Positions 34,508 through 48,173 of a stretch of DNA of 64,000 nt are shown here, in pieces. The notes below the pieces were generated by a model. That model was not told the DNA's origin and did no database searches. It worked only from the letters and a program-made list of their open reading frames with translations. The DNA comes from Oculina patagonica (lineage: Eukaryota). Within the stretch, counting starts at the first letter, position 1. Every line of letters begins with the position of its first letter. A program made the position numbers and the translations under genes. The stretch spans positions 10,230,001 to 10,294,000 of the forward strand of contig NC_135759.1 in NCBI RefSeq assembly GCF_052425735.1, read 5' to 3'.

Positions 34508-37500
34508 GTAAGCAGCTTAGTATATGTTTTGTATTTTTGTTTGTGTGATCGTTGACTTTATTTGCGTATTCCAATTATGAACAGCTTAGTTTTAAAAAGA
34601 AGATGCATTTAATATCGGGCCTTGTCTAGTTAAGGTCGCTATGCACAATCTGATTACAAAATCCCGGTACTGTGTCGCACATTCTGCATGATCGTCACGC
34701 AAAAAAAAAAAACAAAAAAAAACAATCAACCCTGTTCCCAAGGGAGGAAAAAGAGAGAGGCACTGGAAACGAGGCTGGTAAAAATTCAGAAAATCTTTAC
34801 GCATTTGGTGTTTTACAGTTGTCTGTACTGCGAAGAACGGGGCTATGAAGTTTTTGAATGCGCATTTAGAAAACGAGCGTTTTCCAAATGCGCACCCAAA
34901 AACTACGTAGGTTACTATAAACTACGTTGTCTGGTTTGTCACTCTGGTCGTAGCGGGATCTCATTAACACTAAATTTCCTGCCTGTTTATCTCGTATCCA
35001 GAAATGACAGAAATTTTTTAAAACATCCTGCGAAGCGGGTCTGTTGGGTGGGGGTGTGACCTTGAATGGAAACTTCGGTTAAAAAGCTGTAGTATATCAA
35101 TATTTTCTCGCAGGGGTGTTTGATATCGTCACCTTAAACTGACTATCGGCGGTATTTTTCCTACAGTTTGTTAGGTATCTATTTGCCCAAGATGCGAATT
35201 AATTTATTGAAGGCAAAGATAACACAATCGTGTCAGGTGGAAAGAAAAAAGGAAAACTAAACTAAGGATGATTATCATTATAAATATTATCCTGTGTCGC
35301 ACCTATTTAGAGTAAAGAACTGGGGACAAGAAAAGTGACCGAAAGCAAAGAGTTTTTTCATTGTTAAAGCAAAATTTCCACTATAACTTGCTTTATAGTC
35401 TTTAAATTTAGTTTTTTCTTTTTTTGAGTAGTTTTTCTTTACACATTGTACAAAACCCGTCCCCCTCCTCCCCAGTCTTCAAGGGCTGCGTGGGTACCCT
35501 CTGTCTGTGGTTAATATGTAACTTGAGAACATTCGCCGACAGTTTATGGATTTGTAGAATGGACGCATTTACGTTACCACTTCTCGTCAAAATAGGCTCG
35601 ATAAAGGTAGGAAAATGTGTAATTAATTTAGTTTACTATCTATTCTTCGATTTTTAAGGAAGATTTATCTCGGTGGTGATTTATAAACTGATATTTTCAT
35701 TGCGTGCATTTTCGGACCTCGCCATACTAAACCGCCAGATGTAATTTGCAGAATTTGTAACTCAAAATAAACGTGCTAAGAATGTTCATTTGAGGCTTAT
35801 TTTTACTGTAAAATATAATAAATGATTTCGCTCGGTTATTTGGGAGACTAAAAATACTATTTGACGGGGAATAAGACCCAAAGTCGAACTTTCTAGATCA
35901 ATATGTGCGATAACAGTCGCAACATGAAAGGTCAAAATGTCAAGTAATTAGCTCAAGTGTCATGTTTTCAAGCCGCTCTCGATTTTTTCCGTTTTATTTA
36001 CCTAATCTAGTTTTCGGATAAAATCGAAGATGAAGTGATACCTTTATTCAGAAAAATAGTTTTGACAGCCTAATCCATGTACCAGATTGACTTTTTGGCT
36101 CACGAAGTTTACCTTAATTTAAGCGTGTTGCAACTTGGCCGAAGCGTATAATTTTGAAAATTTGATAAAAATTCAGATTTAAATTTTATTCAGATCTGAG
36201 AGCGTTAAATAACTGTTGAAAGATGATATTTTAATACTATGTACCAGCCTTTGCTGCTACGGATCATATTTTTTTATGCTCGCCTTCGAAAAAAGTAGTA
36301 TTTTAAAGCCGAATTTGGCGCTTCGAGCGGCCAAATCCGAAGAGTCGTCTCGACGAAAAAAATAAAAATCGAAACAACCTCAGAGATACATTTTTGAAAC
36401 AAGTTAGTAAAAGCCTTTATCCTGACAAAGTTTGAGAAAATCGATTTTATTTATCTTGCATATGTACAGGCGATCCTAAGAGCAGGACCCTCTTAAGTTC
36501 GACACAAATACGCCGTTTGAATCAGCTGTCGTTCCAAAGTCGCTCCAAGGTCGAACCTTACTGAGTTTCGGCACATGAGCAGAGTGGCGTTTGGAACGGG
36601 CCTAAAAGGGTTACATTAAGGCTAGTTTACTGTCTTTACTTGCGTATAAACTGGCGGCGATTTCAACTTCATAGAGATAGCTTGAAAGCGAATTTGAAAA
36701 GCGAAGCGATAGTGTCACTTTTATGGCAGTTACAAGCAAATTACACTTTTTTTACAAATCGGTGGTAATTCTTCGCAGGTATTCAAAGGATCAACTTTGT
36801 TAAGTTTGACGTTTCGTTTGTTACTTATTTAGATGAAGAAACTCATTTCGAACTCATAGTCAAACAAACGTGAAAGGGACGGAAATCATTCAAAGGCGCA
36901 GTGCCACACCAAAAACACGTTTTCATCACCATGTCCAGTATACATGTAGATGAGGAAATCTTTTACTACGAGGAAGTGATAACGCGAAAATGCTTGTTTA
37001 TTTCATTAAATTTGCCGCATTACGATCGTACAGAAGTGTTCTTGTTGTATTGTAGTGTGGTCACGAAAAGTTGTTGCGTTTCTGATGGCAGATGACTAAA
37101 AGAAGAAAATTGTATTCTCAGGGACTTCAGTTATGGGGGAAATTTTAAACTGTTCTGTTTCTCAAGAGCAAACTCAAATGTTCTGAGCAGCATGAACAAG
37201 AAAAAGGCAAAAAGAACAAAAAAAGCAGGATGGCGATGAAAGTGGCTAGCCTCTAAACTAATTAAGACATATAAAAACAAAATTTTTTACAAAAGATGAA
37301 AACGCTTAACACAACAGCTTTGTTTCGTATCACGTAAAACCGCAGGTCAATCAAATCACACGTGTATAAATAAAAAGACAGCTTGGAAGCGACCGAAACG
37401 TAAGGCACATGCCACTCCCTTAAAACCGTGTTCTCAATTACGACGCAGAAAAAACAATAAACGTTTCAGATTATTAACTTGTGTTTGTTGGAAACAAAGA

Positions 37501-38276
37501 TTGCATAGTATAAACTAATAATCGCATGGGGATCAATCTAAACTAACATAGTGTAAAATGCCTTTGTTAAAAAAAGCACTGTTGCAATGGATATGAAAAC
37601 GGCTCAGGGCTATCGGTTATGTCACTTTTTAGTTTGTGATAATCGCAAAGTGCACATTTGAACGCAAGGAAAAAATTGGGCTGATTGAAAAACACTTTTA
37701 CTCAAAAACACAGCTTTACCCCGCGCGGAAAAAATCAGGAATACATCTACAGACAAACTACCATGTGGCAAGCATCTATTTATTGTGTTCGTCTAGTGGG
37801 AAGTTCATCTTTCCCAAATCTACAAAGTCAAGACACGTGTGCAGAAATTTCCCGTAAAGTGCTTCATTCCGTCTCTGCTGCATTTCCATTCACATGTTCA
37901 AATTTCCTGGCCGTGCATCTTAAGTAAAATATGGCTTGCGCTATGAAAACAAATGTTACTTTCTTTAATTTACAGTAATTACTATAAAACTCAAAAAAAT
38001 TCGGGGTCATAGTACATATGTTACTAAGTAAACATTCCACCCAACTTTAAAAGGGATTACAGCTTGCAAACAAGCTACCATCTTGGGAAGATATAAACTG
38101 AAAAGGGTTAGGCTAGGCTTATTACATAAGGCGTAAAAAGACAGACATTTGTGGTTTACAGGAAGTTAAACGCCCACGACCTATAGCTAACTACCATTCG
38201 ACCGAAGGATGAACCGTTTCTGACTGAAGTTGTCTTTATTGTAGACACGTTTCTTGTTTTGAGGAAGACGACCGTT

Positions 38277-39306
38277 TGTTACGCCACAAAATGTAATAAC
38301 TGACACAAAATGAAATAGTAACGCAAAATGTAATAACTTTTGCCACAAAATGTAATAGTAACGCAAAATGTAATAACCGACGCAAAAGAACGCGAACGCA
38401 AAATGTAACAACTTTTAACGCAAAATGTAATACATAAAAGTAACGCAAAATGTAATAGCGCAAAATGTAATAATGTTTCTGTTGGTATATATTTGTTCGA
38501 AATATAAGGAATTACATGTGGGTAAGGGACAGAACATCTGTCTTTTTTTTAACTAGCGGACGCCACGAGCTTTTCCAAAAGGCTACTTTGATTTTTCCAG
38601 GGGAAAAAGGGGTGAATAGGTGAACTCTCGTTAAATTCCTGTAGAAAAGTATTTTTTCATACAAAAAAGCCCTCCAAATAACACATGCCTTTCTTTATTT
38701 TGAAATTAAGGTACAAAAACTACGATTTGTAATGGTATATATGCTAACTTTATATGGCAACAATGAAATTCATTCAATTCTTTATCCGTTATATTATCAC
38801 GCTAATTAACGTACTAACAAACAAGCGACTTTGTCCAATTTAGTGTCTTGCAATATTACGCTAGAAGCGAGTCAGCTCCTTTTTAAATAAAAATCGGTAA
38901 AAGAATTCTATTAAATTGATGAGAATCTTATTTCAAACGAAATCTAACTGCAACTCTGAGAAAGGAAAAATGTAACTTGAAAATTTAAACTGAAACTTTA
39001 AACTATTTCAGGGCTCTTTTAATTGCGGGTTCTCCAGTAAATTAAGATTTATTAAGATTTTGCTATCAATTGTGCCTTGATATTGAAACTCTTGCCTAGA
39101 GCAAGTCTCTGATGGGTGCCTATTATGATCTTAATAAATAAAAAATAATAATTAAAAAATAAATAAATGAATGTTTCGAACAAACATATACCAACCAAAA
39201 CACTATTACATTTTGCGCTATTACATTTTGCGTTACTTTTATGTATTACATTTTGCGTTAAAAGTTGTTACATTTTGTGTCAGTTATTACATTTTGTGGC
39301 GTAACA
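38277..39306. mobile_element. TGT...ACA non-autonomous element (Ginger-like ends) with subterminal cgcaaaatgtaa repeats
   Basis: TIR tgttacgccacaaaatgtaataac / gttattacattttgtggcgtaaca; 5-bp TSD ccgtt; empty site gacgaccgttctac at ~61636-61650. Confidence 0.85.
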
Positions 39307-41097
39307 CCGTTCTACAATGTCAATTATTTCCAGCCTTGTATACATGCTTTTATGTCCCTTGTCACTTCTAGTCCATCCTAATCATGCCATAAAACGGATA
39401 CCTCTAAATACTGACATCAATGACTCAATGATTTCCTTTTACGCACGATTTGTCTGGATAGTTGTAACAAAAAAGTAGGAAATGCTAAAACATGATGCCT
39501 TTTATATGATCCATTGAATCAAAATTTACTAATAACTCAGTGAAATAATATATTTTACCAATTGAAAAAACATTTGTTATAGTGGTGTGCGAAAGACGTT
39601 TTTCTCAGAGGTGAAGGGAACAGAGGATATGCCTACGGCTTCGGTTTTACCTGAACAACTCTTAAAAGAATATCAAAACAGCTATAGTTTGTTTGTTTAA
39701 TTTTTCAGTGCTTCACACCCGCGGTTTCCGTAAGAAGACTTACGGTTTACATGTCATATGAAACGGATATATCTCGAGAGACTCTTGTAAATCCATTGCA
39801 TCATAGTGGGTGGCTTACAGAATATCCGTGATGAATCTTGGTGCATTAGTGGTTTTTGGTCGGTATCAAATGTATTCCATGAAGAAAAACGCCAAGATTG
39901 TTTCTGTTTATCGCCTTGTCCGCCAAGACAGGGCCAATGCAGCAAGAGAGTCTATGATTTAATATGCTTTAACTGTACGTCTTTCAAGTAGCTAATGGGC
40001 TCTTTAAAATACTACATGTACTCTTTGTAAAGTCTGTTTGGTATACATTTATAGAACCTTTTCGTGATTTGTACGCACAATTTCGAAACATCCGGCTTTC
40101 GAATTATTTTATGGCGAGGTTCTCTGCTGAATGACTGCCCTCTTAGAAATGATTCAACCCTCGCTCGAATTGTGGCAAGCCATTATGGGGGCGTTAATCT
40201 GCTTAGCTTTAGACTTAGCCCCCATTTTTTTTCGTCTTATTGCTTTCCGGCTTTAATTTCTGAAATAACAAAGCTGCTATAACTCCATGTTTTAAACTTG
40301 CTTTATGTTTTCTCAAGCGAAACACAGTTTGTTTCGAAAATATCTTGAGTGATACTGCAAATGAGAAAAAAAAATTGCATTTATAGCGCAAGCCAATAAC
40401 GGATTAAATAGATAAAAAAAAACCGTAATGTTGACGCACCTCACGATGTTTACAAACGAGAAAGCGACAAGGTTTTCTTGCTCTACTTAGTTCCAAAAAG
40501 TATTTTTTCCTATTTTATTTTTATTCTCTTCGGGAATCTTTTATAATTTAGTTCATTTGTCTCAAACTTCGATAAGAACGTACTCGACTTACTTTTTAAG
40601 TGTTCAACCACTTAATTTTTAAATAACCTAAAAATAATTCCAATCAACTATTCCTTAGCTTCAAGATGACGTTTTAATTGCATGCTCTCAACAAATATCT
40701 AAATGAATAAATTAAGATAATTGCCCATGACTACAAAGTATCTTTCATCTGTCAAAGATTCATTAAGCCATTGACAAATTCCCCTAAAAATCTCATACAT
40801 GCTCTCACGATTCGTGTGGTTGTTAGTAATAATAATAATTAATAATAATTAATAATGATTAGGTAACTATGTTATGTAGTTACGCCTTGATTCGTAATTT
40901 TTGTTTTGTTTTTCTTTCGAAAGCTTTATAATTATGCGGTTATGTGGTGAGCCATTTCGATATGACACACCTTAAACGTGTCGCCGGTGGTTACGCTGTA
41001 CTTAGTGTTCATAGGATATGCCACTTTAAAACTTATAATGAAAAAACGTGGGTATTTTGTCATTCAAGCTAAGCGCGCAACTGTTCGTAATTTTTCT

Positions 41098-41391
41098 TAA
41101 AGGCGCGTTTACACGACAGGAAAATTTAGGTACGGACTCGTATGTTTACACGGGACCGGTCCCGAACGGATCCGGTCCGATTTTCGGATCGGATAGGACT
41201 TCCGTTTACACGGGACCGTTCTGGAACCGGTCCGGAACGGATCCAAAACTGGACCTGCTATTTTGCAGGTCCAGTTATGGATCCGTTTCGGACCGGTTCC
41301 AGAACGGTCCCGTGTAAACACCTGGATCGGTTCCAAATGGCTCCATGTAAACAGGTCCGGTTCGGTTCGGAACGGTTCCGGACCGGTTTCG
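41098..41391. mobile_element. Truncated GC-rich MITE with gtttacacgggacc/ggatcc repeats (Harbinger-like end ggcgcgtttacacg)
   Basis: Internally palindromic; absent from copies 1 and 3 of the array; right terminus missing. Confidence 0.65.
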
Positions 41392-42761
41392 TCATTCTAC
41401 GTTGTATCGGTCTTTGCTTTTAAATTCCTCATCTTACTGCGAAGTTGTTAGCTAACCTTGTGAGTTGAAATTACAGCTTTTGTTTTTGAAAAGTATAAAT
41501 TCGTTGATTATAAGTATCTGAGTCCCAGTTTTGCTATCACTTGACTTATTTGTAACTAAAGCACTCACTTACTGATTTATTTGCATACGTATTAAAGGTT
41601 TTTACTTGCTTAATTTCTTCAGTGTTGCTTATCAACTCAATCCTTCACTGGTTAAATTGCAAAGCTTCGCCATTCGTTATCTTACTCAGCATCTTAGTTT
41701 TTGTTGCTTATAAAAGCGGAATCATGCTGTATGATTAAGTTAGATCAGAAAAAGCTGATGTCAGAAAACTTTTTTTCTGCGTAAATCAAGTTACAACCCT
41801 ATTAAATGTTGCCCTTTAGTTATTTGACCGGCTCTAGGATAATCTAGTGATTTATTTTTGTTTCAGTTTGCGGGGACGTATTGTTTCATCTAAATATGAG
41901 GAAGTTTTGTTCCTTTTTTCGCCTCCTAGCTCATTTTATTGTATTGGTAAGATTAGTTAGGTTTGGTTATACGGTTGCTGAAGCCTTCATATGCGGTTTC
42001 AAGAACGTTTTTCCTGTTTATTTGTGTGGGAAACTGAAGCGGGAGCAGGATAAACAAAAATTTTTTTTTCCTTTTTCCCTTGTTGTCATGTCCCCACATC
42101 CTTCTTTTTACAACCTAGTCATAGGCAATCCAAAAAAGGATAATGTCACACCAGACAAGCAAATTCAGACAACTAGAAAGGGAAAAAGTATGTTACGGAC
42201 ATGGATTGTAGCGTTTATTCAACAACACAGTACGTTTATCTCTCAAGAAAGTTCCGTTCTTGAAGTATTAAAAAAAAACCTGTGCGAAATTCCTTTTGCT
42301 TCAAGACAAGTCTGATCTTTAACCCTGATCAATCGTATTTTCAGTCATCTGTTTTAAACTTTCGCTTTTCATTACAACACAGTCCTCTCTCCGTCTAACA
42401 TCAATCACTTTCAGAATATTAATAAAAGAGAAATAAAACTTTCGTTATGGTGGGTAGTTCCTAATAAACATTGCGAAATCCGTCGAAAGTGCGTTCTCTT
42501 TTGATCTTTTTAATCCGTTAATGACTTGCGCTATGAAAACAAATGTTACTTTCTCGCATCTGTAGTTTTTGTTTTTCAAACAAAATGTGTTTTGCTTGTG
42601 GCAAATTACATCGTTTCTAACTTGGGGTAACTATGTTGCTAAGTGTATCTTCACCCAGCTAAAGAAATCAAGGCTTGCAAGTACGCTATTTTCTTAAGAA
42701 CACGAAAAAACGTTTGGGTAAACTTGAACGCCAAGCAGATTAAGAAGTGTTACAATAGAGA

Positions 42762-43037
42762 TTAGTGGTTGACAGGCAGATTCGACTGAAGGGGGAATCG
42801 CTTCTGAGAGGGCGATCATCTAGTGAAGTTAAAATAATTCAAAAGCCGGATGTTTAGTGGTTGACAGGCAGATTCGACTGAAGGGGGAATCGCTTCTGAG
42901 AGGGCGATCATCTAGTGAAGTTAAAATAATTCAAAAGCCGGATGTTTAGTGGTTGACAGGCAGATTCGACTGAAGGGGGAATCGCTTCTGAGAGGGCGAT
43001 CGTCTAGTGAAGTTAAAATAATTCAAAGGCCGGATGC
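42762..43037 (+). repeat. 92-bp tandem triplication
   Basis: ttagtggttgacaggcagattcgactgaag... at 42762, 42854 and 42946; single copy in the other array units; TTAG microhomology at the junctions. Confidence 0.9.
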
Positions 43038-44361
43038 TTAGAAACAACGTTTTCGTCACGGAAGGAAACTGTGTCAGTTTAGTGTATACCAAAGGCTATA
43101 ATTCTATAAGCTGTAACAATAACATAAAGTTATGTCATAGTATACAACTGATACCGGCAAAAAAACGCTTCTTAAAGGTACCAAGTTCTGTCATCGCCAT
43201 TCTGTAAGCCACACACGCATTTGATATATCTAAGCAGGAGGCGCAAACTCTCTAATGGAAACCGCTATTGCTATGCCTATTTGCCCTGGTCAGACCCTGT
43301 TTGTTTTGTGGGCGCTTTGTTTTACCTTGTCTACAAAAGTAACACAACAAAGGCTGTTTCTGTTTTCTTTTCAACTGTAAAACTTAACAAGGACAAAGTT
43401 AAAAAGGTTAAAGTCTGTCTGCTAAGTTTACATAGCACGAATCAAAGACCACAACGCAGCGACCTCGCCCAGCACTCGAACTCGACCACTCTACCCAACT
43501 CCATTGAACACGCTAACCAGTGAGTCCACTGCGGCTGCTATGAATTTTAAAAGTTTGTTTTCAATATTGTGGAAAGCTGTTAAATAAATACAGTACGTTG
43601 GGTCCATTTTCAAGGGAAAACTCTTAAGCACAAATATAGGGTATCAAAGACAGAGACGAGTAAACGCTGGAGTCATGAATTGTTTACTTCTGAGCTCCGG
43701 CGAAAACAACTTCCTTTCTGTAGCCAGATATCACAAGCCGCAATTTTTTCAAAGCTAGTGACGGTAACTGTCATTAAAAAGATGACCAAATTAAAATCTC
43801 GCTCAAAAAAGGGAAGCTTAGTATTAAGTGACTTTCAATTTCTTAATAGAAATAAACTTGAATGGCATATGTTCACATCAAGCTTGGTTTATCGCATGCT
43901 TATTTCTTCATTATTAAAAAAAGTGAATTCTGTATTTTGAAATGAATAATGTGGAAAATCAACTATAAATTCTTAGAAAAGCGAAATAATACTCGGTGCC
44001 TTCAATTAACAAAGTGTGCATAGCATGCACGAGCATGCATCACGATCACGCAAACAGGAAACGCGATTTTAATTGCACGTAGCATTTAAAAAGTATGTGT
44101 TACTTTATGGACTAATAAAATAACCAGACAAAAGAAATTTCCCGAAAATTAAAAGAGATAGCTCAGAAGCGCATTAGGAAAGCGAAGCAGTATTGTCATT
44201 ATTTGTTTTCCAAATCGGTGGCAATTCTTCGCAATGACAGACTCTATAAAGTTTGACGTTTCCTGTATTTGGTTCGTTTGTTACCTTTACAAAAGGCGAC
44301 GTCGCTAAGCAAAATAGCTTTGTTTCGTGGGACTTATAACCACGGAACTATTAAACTATGG

Positions 44362-45153
44362 TATTGGTCGCACTTGGAAAAGTTTTGCCAGAATTTGTTT
44401 ACTTTGCGGTGAAAATCTGTCATCAGGGCGCTTTGCGTAGTGCGACCCTAGGTTTTCCAGTTGGCAAAAACTTTGCAAATCGGCAAAAACATCAAAGAGG
44501 CCGAAGTGCTTGGGTTGGGCAGGCAGATTTTCGAAAACTAGAGCTAAACAATACGAATCACAGCGGTAACTGTCAACGCTTGTCAGTGAAACATAACTGA
44601 AACACGATCGATATGAACAAGCGCGGTAATATTTAGTCCGCGCTCTTTATGAAGGGACTTGCTTGTTATTATAATTATTCGCAATTTCAAGGGTTTTTTC
44701 GGCAATAGCGTCGAATACCCACAATATATATTTTTTTGTATTCCAGCCGAGCACTTCACGGGCGAGTTCTCTACAAGGAAACACTGCAAGCGACCGCTAT
44801 GCAGTCTTGGCAGGCAGTTAAAACCGTCATTTCATTCGTTTGCCCACGTGCAAAAAAAAAAAAGAAAAAAAACAAACAAACTGGTGCTGGTTCCGTTAAG
44901 CTGAATAATAAGGAGGAGAATCACCGTATTTATGATCACTGCTTCACCGTTCCTTTCGCTTCACCTGATTGCGATATGTCTACTAAAATCATCAGGTAGA
45001 CATGTGTTATTTTTTCTAACTTCTATGACAGTTGCCTCTCACAAGTGCGACCCTGCTTAGTTTGACTAAAAGTTTTCCTTTCCGGTTTTGGTTTCAAAAT
45101 TTTGCGGTTTTTTAGCCGGCAAAGATGAAAACTTTTCCTAAGTGCGACCCATA
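44362..45153. mobile_element. TIR element with TAT(T/G)GG ends (IS3EU-like termini) in array copy 2
   Basis: tattggtcgcacttggaaaagtttt / aaaacttttcctaagtgcgacccata, with internal gtgcgaccc repeats. Flanks join to match 49096-49200. TSD imperfect (ctatg). Confidence 0.6.
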
Positions 45154-48100
45154 CCTATGTATATAAATTAAATGACAGAATTTGAAAACCACCCAAACGT
45201 AACACAGATGAAAGTTTATACCAACATGACACACCCTTAAAACCGCAGTGATCTCAATTACGACGCAGGAAAATAATAAACGAAGAAAGAGTTGCATTAA
45301 CAAATGTAGTATTAACAAATAATCGCTTAAGGATCAATGTAGTAAAATACCTTTGTTTGTAAGAAGTATAGAAATGGATTTGAAAACAGCTTAGAGTTAT
45401 CGATTATATTATTTTTGAGTTTGTCTAAGTGCTCATCACAAAGTACGCATTTGAACGAAAGACAAATTGGGCTGATTTATAAACACTTTGAATTGTTTCA
45501 CAAAAAAAGCTGTTATAGAACGGACAGAAACCAGCATTTCTCAAACATATGTCATTGTGTTCCTCTAGCAGCATCTTTCAAAACCCTACAAAGTCAAGAT
45601 ACTTGTACAGAATTGATTGTATTTCCCGTTGAGTGGTTCCTCTGTTGTATTCCATTCACATGTTCAATTTCCTGACCGTGCTAATAACCCATTTCTCTAA
45701 TCACATCTGAAGCCTAATAGGTAGTCAAGCTAACACGGGGCAAATTTTTCTATCAAGAAGAATACGATAAGACGACGATGGTTTGTTCTCTTTTGATCTT
45801 ATAATCTGTTAATGGCTTGCGCTATAAAAGCAAATGTTACTTTCTCGAATTTAAAGTAATTACCATGATATTTAAAGCAAATGTGTTACGCTTGCGGAAA
45901 CTTGAATTGTTTTTACATAAGTTGATGTTACTTAGTAAATACCCCACCCAACTTTAAAAGGGGTTTCAGGTTGCAAAAAGGCTATCATCTTGGGAAGACA
46001 TGAACTCAAAAGGGTTAGGCTAGGCCTATTAAAAGGCATGATAAGACAGAAATTAGTTAATTAGAGATTAACGCCCGCGGCCTCTAGCTCCATTCGACCG
46101 AATGATGAATCGTTTCTGACAGGGTAATCGTGCTCAGAGAGTGTCTTTATTATAGACACCTTTCTTGTTTTTCAAAGGATGACGAGTGTTTCACAATGTA
46201 AACTATTTCCAGTCCTGTATGCCATGTTGTCTTTTCTAGTCCATCCTACTCGTGCCATAAAATGGATACAGTACATAATTTTATACCGACACTTAAATAA
46301 TATCAATGATAATCCTTTTACGCACGATTTGTCCGTATAGTTATAACAAAAAGTGGGAAATTGTATTACGCGATGTCCTTTATGATCGCTATAATCAAAA
46401 TTCCCAATATAACTCAGCAAAATAATTTATTTTTTCCAAGGTGGCTTTTGGCTTCATAAAACATGCTAAAAGACTCCATCATACTGTTTAATGTTAGGGT
46501 TCTAATGTTCCAAACATCGAACTAAAGCTCATTTGATCTCTTGATAAGCTCCCGGATTGGATGCAAAAGACAAGCAAACAATTGGTTGCTCCGGGCCTGA
46601 ATTTGTCTTTAGAACATGTTTTTTTTTAATAAATAGATTATTATTGTGGTGTGTGAAAAACGTTCTTTTAAAGGTGAAGACAACATTGGATATGCTCGTG
46701 GATTTGGATTTCAGTTTTTAAACTGCGTTTTTTTTTAAAAAATTCAACGCAATTATAGTTTACAATTAATTATAGTTTGAAGTTGACCTTTACCCTTTAC
46801 CTATTTGTTCACTGCTTCACACCCGTGGTTTCCGCTAGAAGAGTTACGGTTCCTGCTTAAGCATATCAAATGAACCAATTCCTTATAAACAAAACGGATA
46901 TATCTCAAGAGACTCTTGTGAACCCATTACGTCACAGTCTGTGGCTTACAGAATACGCGTGATAGATGTTAGTGCATTAGTTAGTGGTTTTTGTTTGTTC
47001 ATCAGATGTATTCTATGAAGAAAACGTCTTTACTATTTTTTTGTCGCCTTGGCCGCCAATACAGCAAGGGATTCTATGAGGTATACTAAAACTTTACGTC
47101 ATTCAAGTAACTACAGTAAAGTGCTTTTTACAGCTTAAATGACTGCATTTGCTCTTTGTAAAGACTCTATGGTATGCATTTATAGAACAATTTGGCTATT
47201 TACACGCACAATTTCTAAACATCCGTCTTTCGAATTATTTAATGGTGAAGTTCTCTGCTGAATGACCGCCCTCTCAGAAATGATTTAACCTTCGCTCGAG
47301 TTGTGGCAAGCCAGTATGGGGGCGTTAATCTTCATATCATGCGTTAATCGGCTTAGCTTTAGACTTGGCCCTCATTTTTTTCGTCTTATTGCTTTCCGGC
47401 TTTAATTTCTGAAGTAACAGAGCTGCTATAACCCCATGTTTTAAATTTGCTTTATGTTTTCGCAAGCGAACCACAGTTTGTTTCGACAATATCTTGAGTG
47501 AAACCGCAAATGAGAAAAGAATAATATTTGTATATATAGCGCAAGCCAATAACGGATTTAAAAGATAAAACAAGAACGTAATGTTTATTAGTTAATGCAA
47601 GACTTGGTTCATCTCGGGTGAATCACAAACGGTTTACTGATTAAGTTAAGTTATATGTTCTCATCGAGCACGGTTTATCACACGTATTTTTTAATTATTA
47701 ATGAAAATGACGAACCTTTAGAGTTTTTTAAATGAATTTTGTATTTTGGAATGCTCGTGTAATGAACGAGAATTGCGCAAACAGGAAAAGAGATTCTGCA
47801 CGTAGCATTTGAAACGTATGAGTTACTTTACGGTCTAATAAAATAACCAGACAAAAGAAAGTTCCCGATACTTCAAAGAGATAGCTTGGAAGATGATTTG
47901 GAAAGCGAAGCTGTACTGTATTTTTTTTTTTCAAATCGGTGGTAATTCTTCGCAGGTACTCAAATGATAGACTCTGTAAAGTTTGACGTTTCCTGTGTTT
48001 GTTTAGCTTGTTACCTTTTTCAGAAAAAAGTAGCTTAGCAAATATGATATTTCTATCGATCTCAGAGCAAAGCAAACTTGAATTTAAACTAAGTGTCTGA

Positions 48101-48173
48101 AATTAAAGGCGACGAATTAAAGAAGCTTCGTCACGAAGAACTCCTCTTGAAAATACTGACAAGTTTTTTCAAG

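Larger units (their letters stand above)
31646..36492 (+). mobile_element. Internally deleted Sola3-type transposon nested in the Harbinger element
   Basis: TTAA-GAGGGTCCTGCTC...GAGCAGGACCCTC-TTAA. TIRs ~660 bp near-identical (31646-32704 minus an insert vs 35831-36492), with degenerate extension to ~32945/35572. Transposase first-exon remnant inside. Confidence 0.85.
30976..36602. mobile_element. PIF/Harbinger-type non-autonomous element hosting nested insertions
   Basis: TIR ggcccgttccaaacgcc..tc..ctcatgtgccgaa / ttcggcacatgag..gagtggcgtttggaacgggcc; TAA TSD at 30973-30975 and 36603-36605; absent from the paralogous site near 56270. Confidence 0.8.

Noticed and set aside
38277-38475. CRISPR-like short repeats (also the 92-bp and 160-bp repeats)
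   Set aside because: No unique spacers, no cas genes and a eukaryotic context; these are subterminal TE repeats or tandem duplications.
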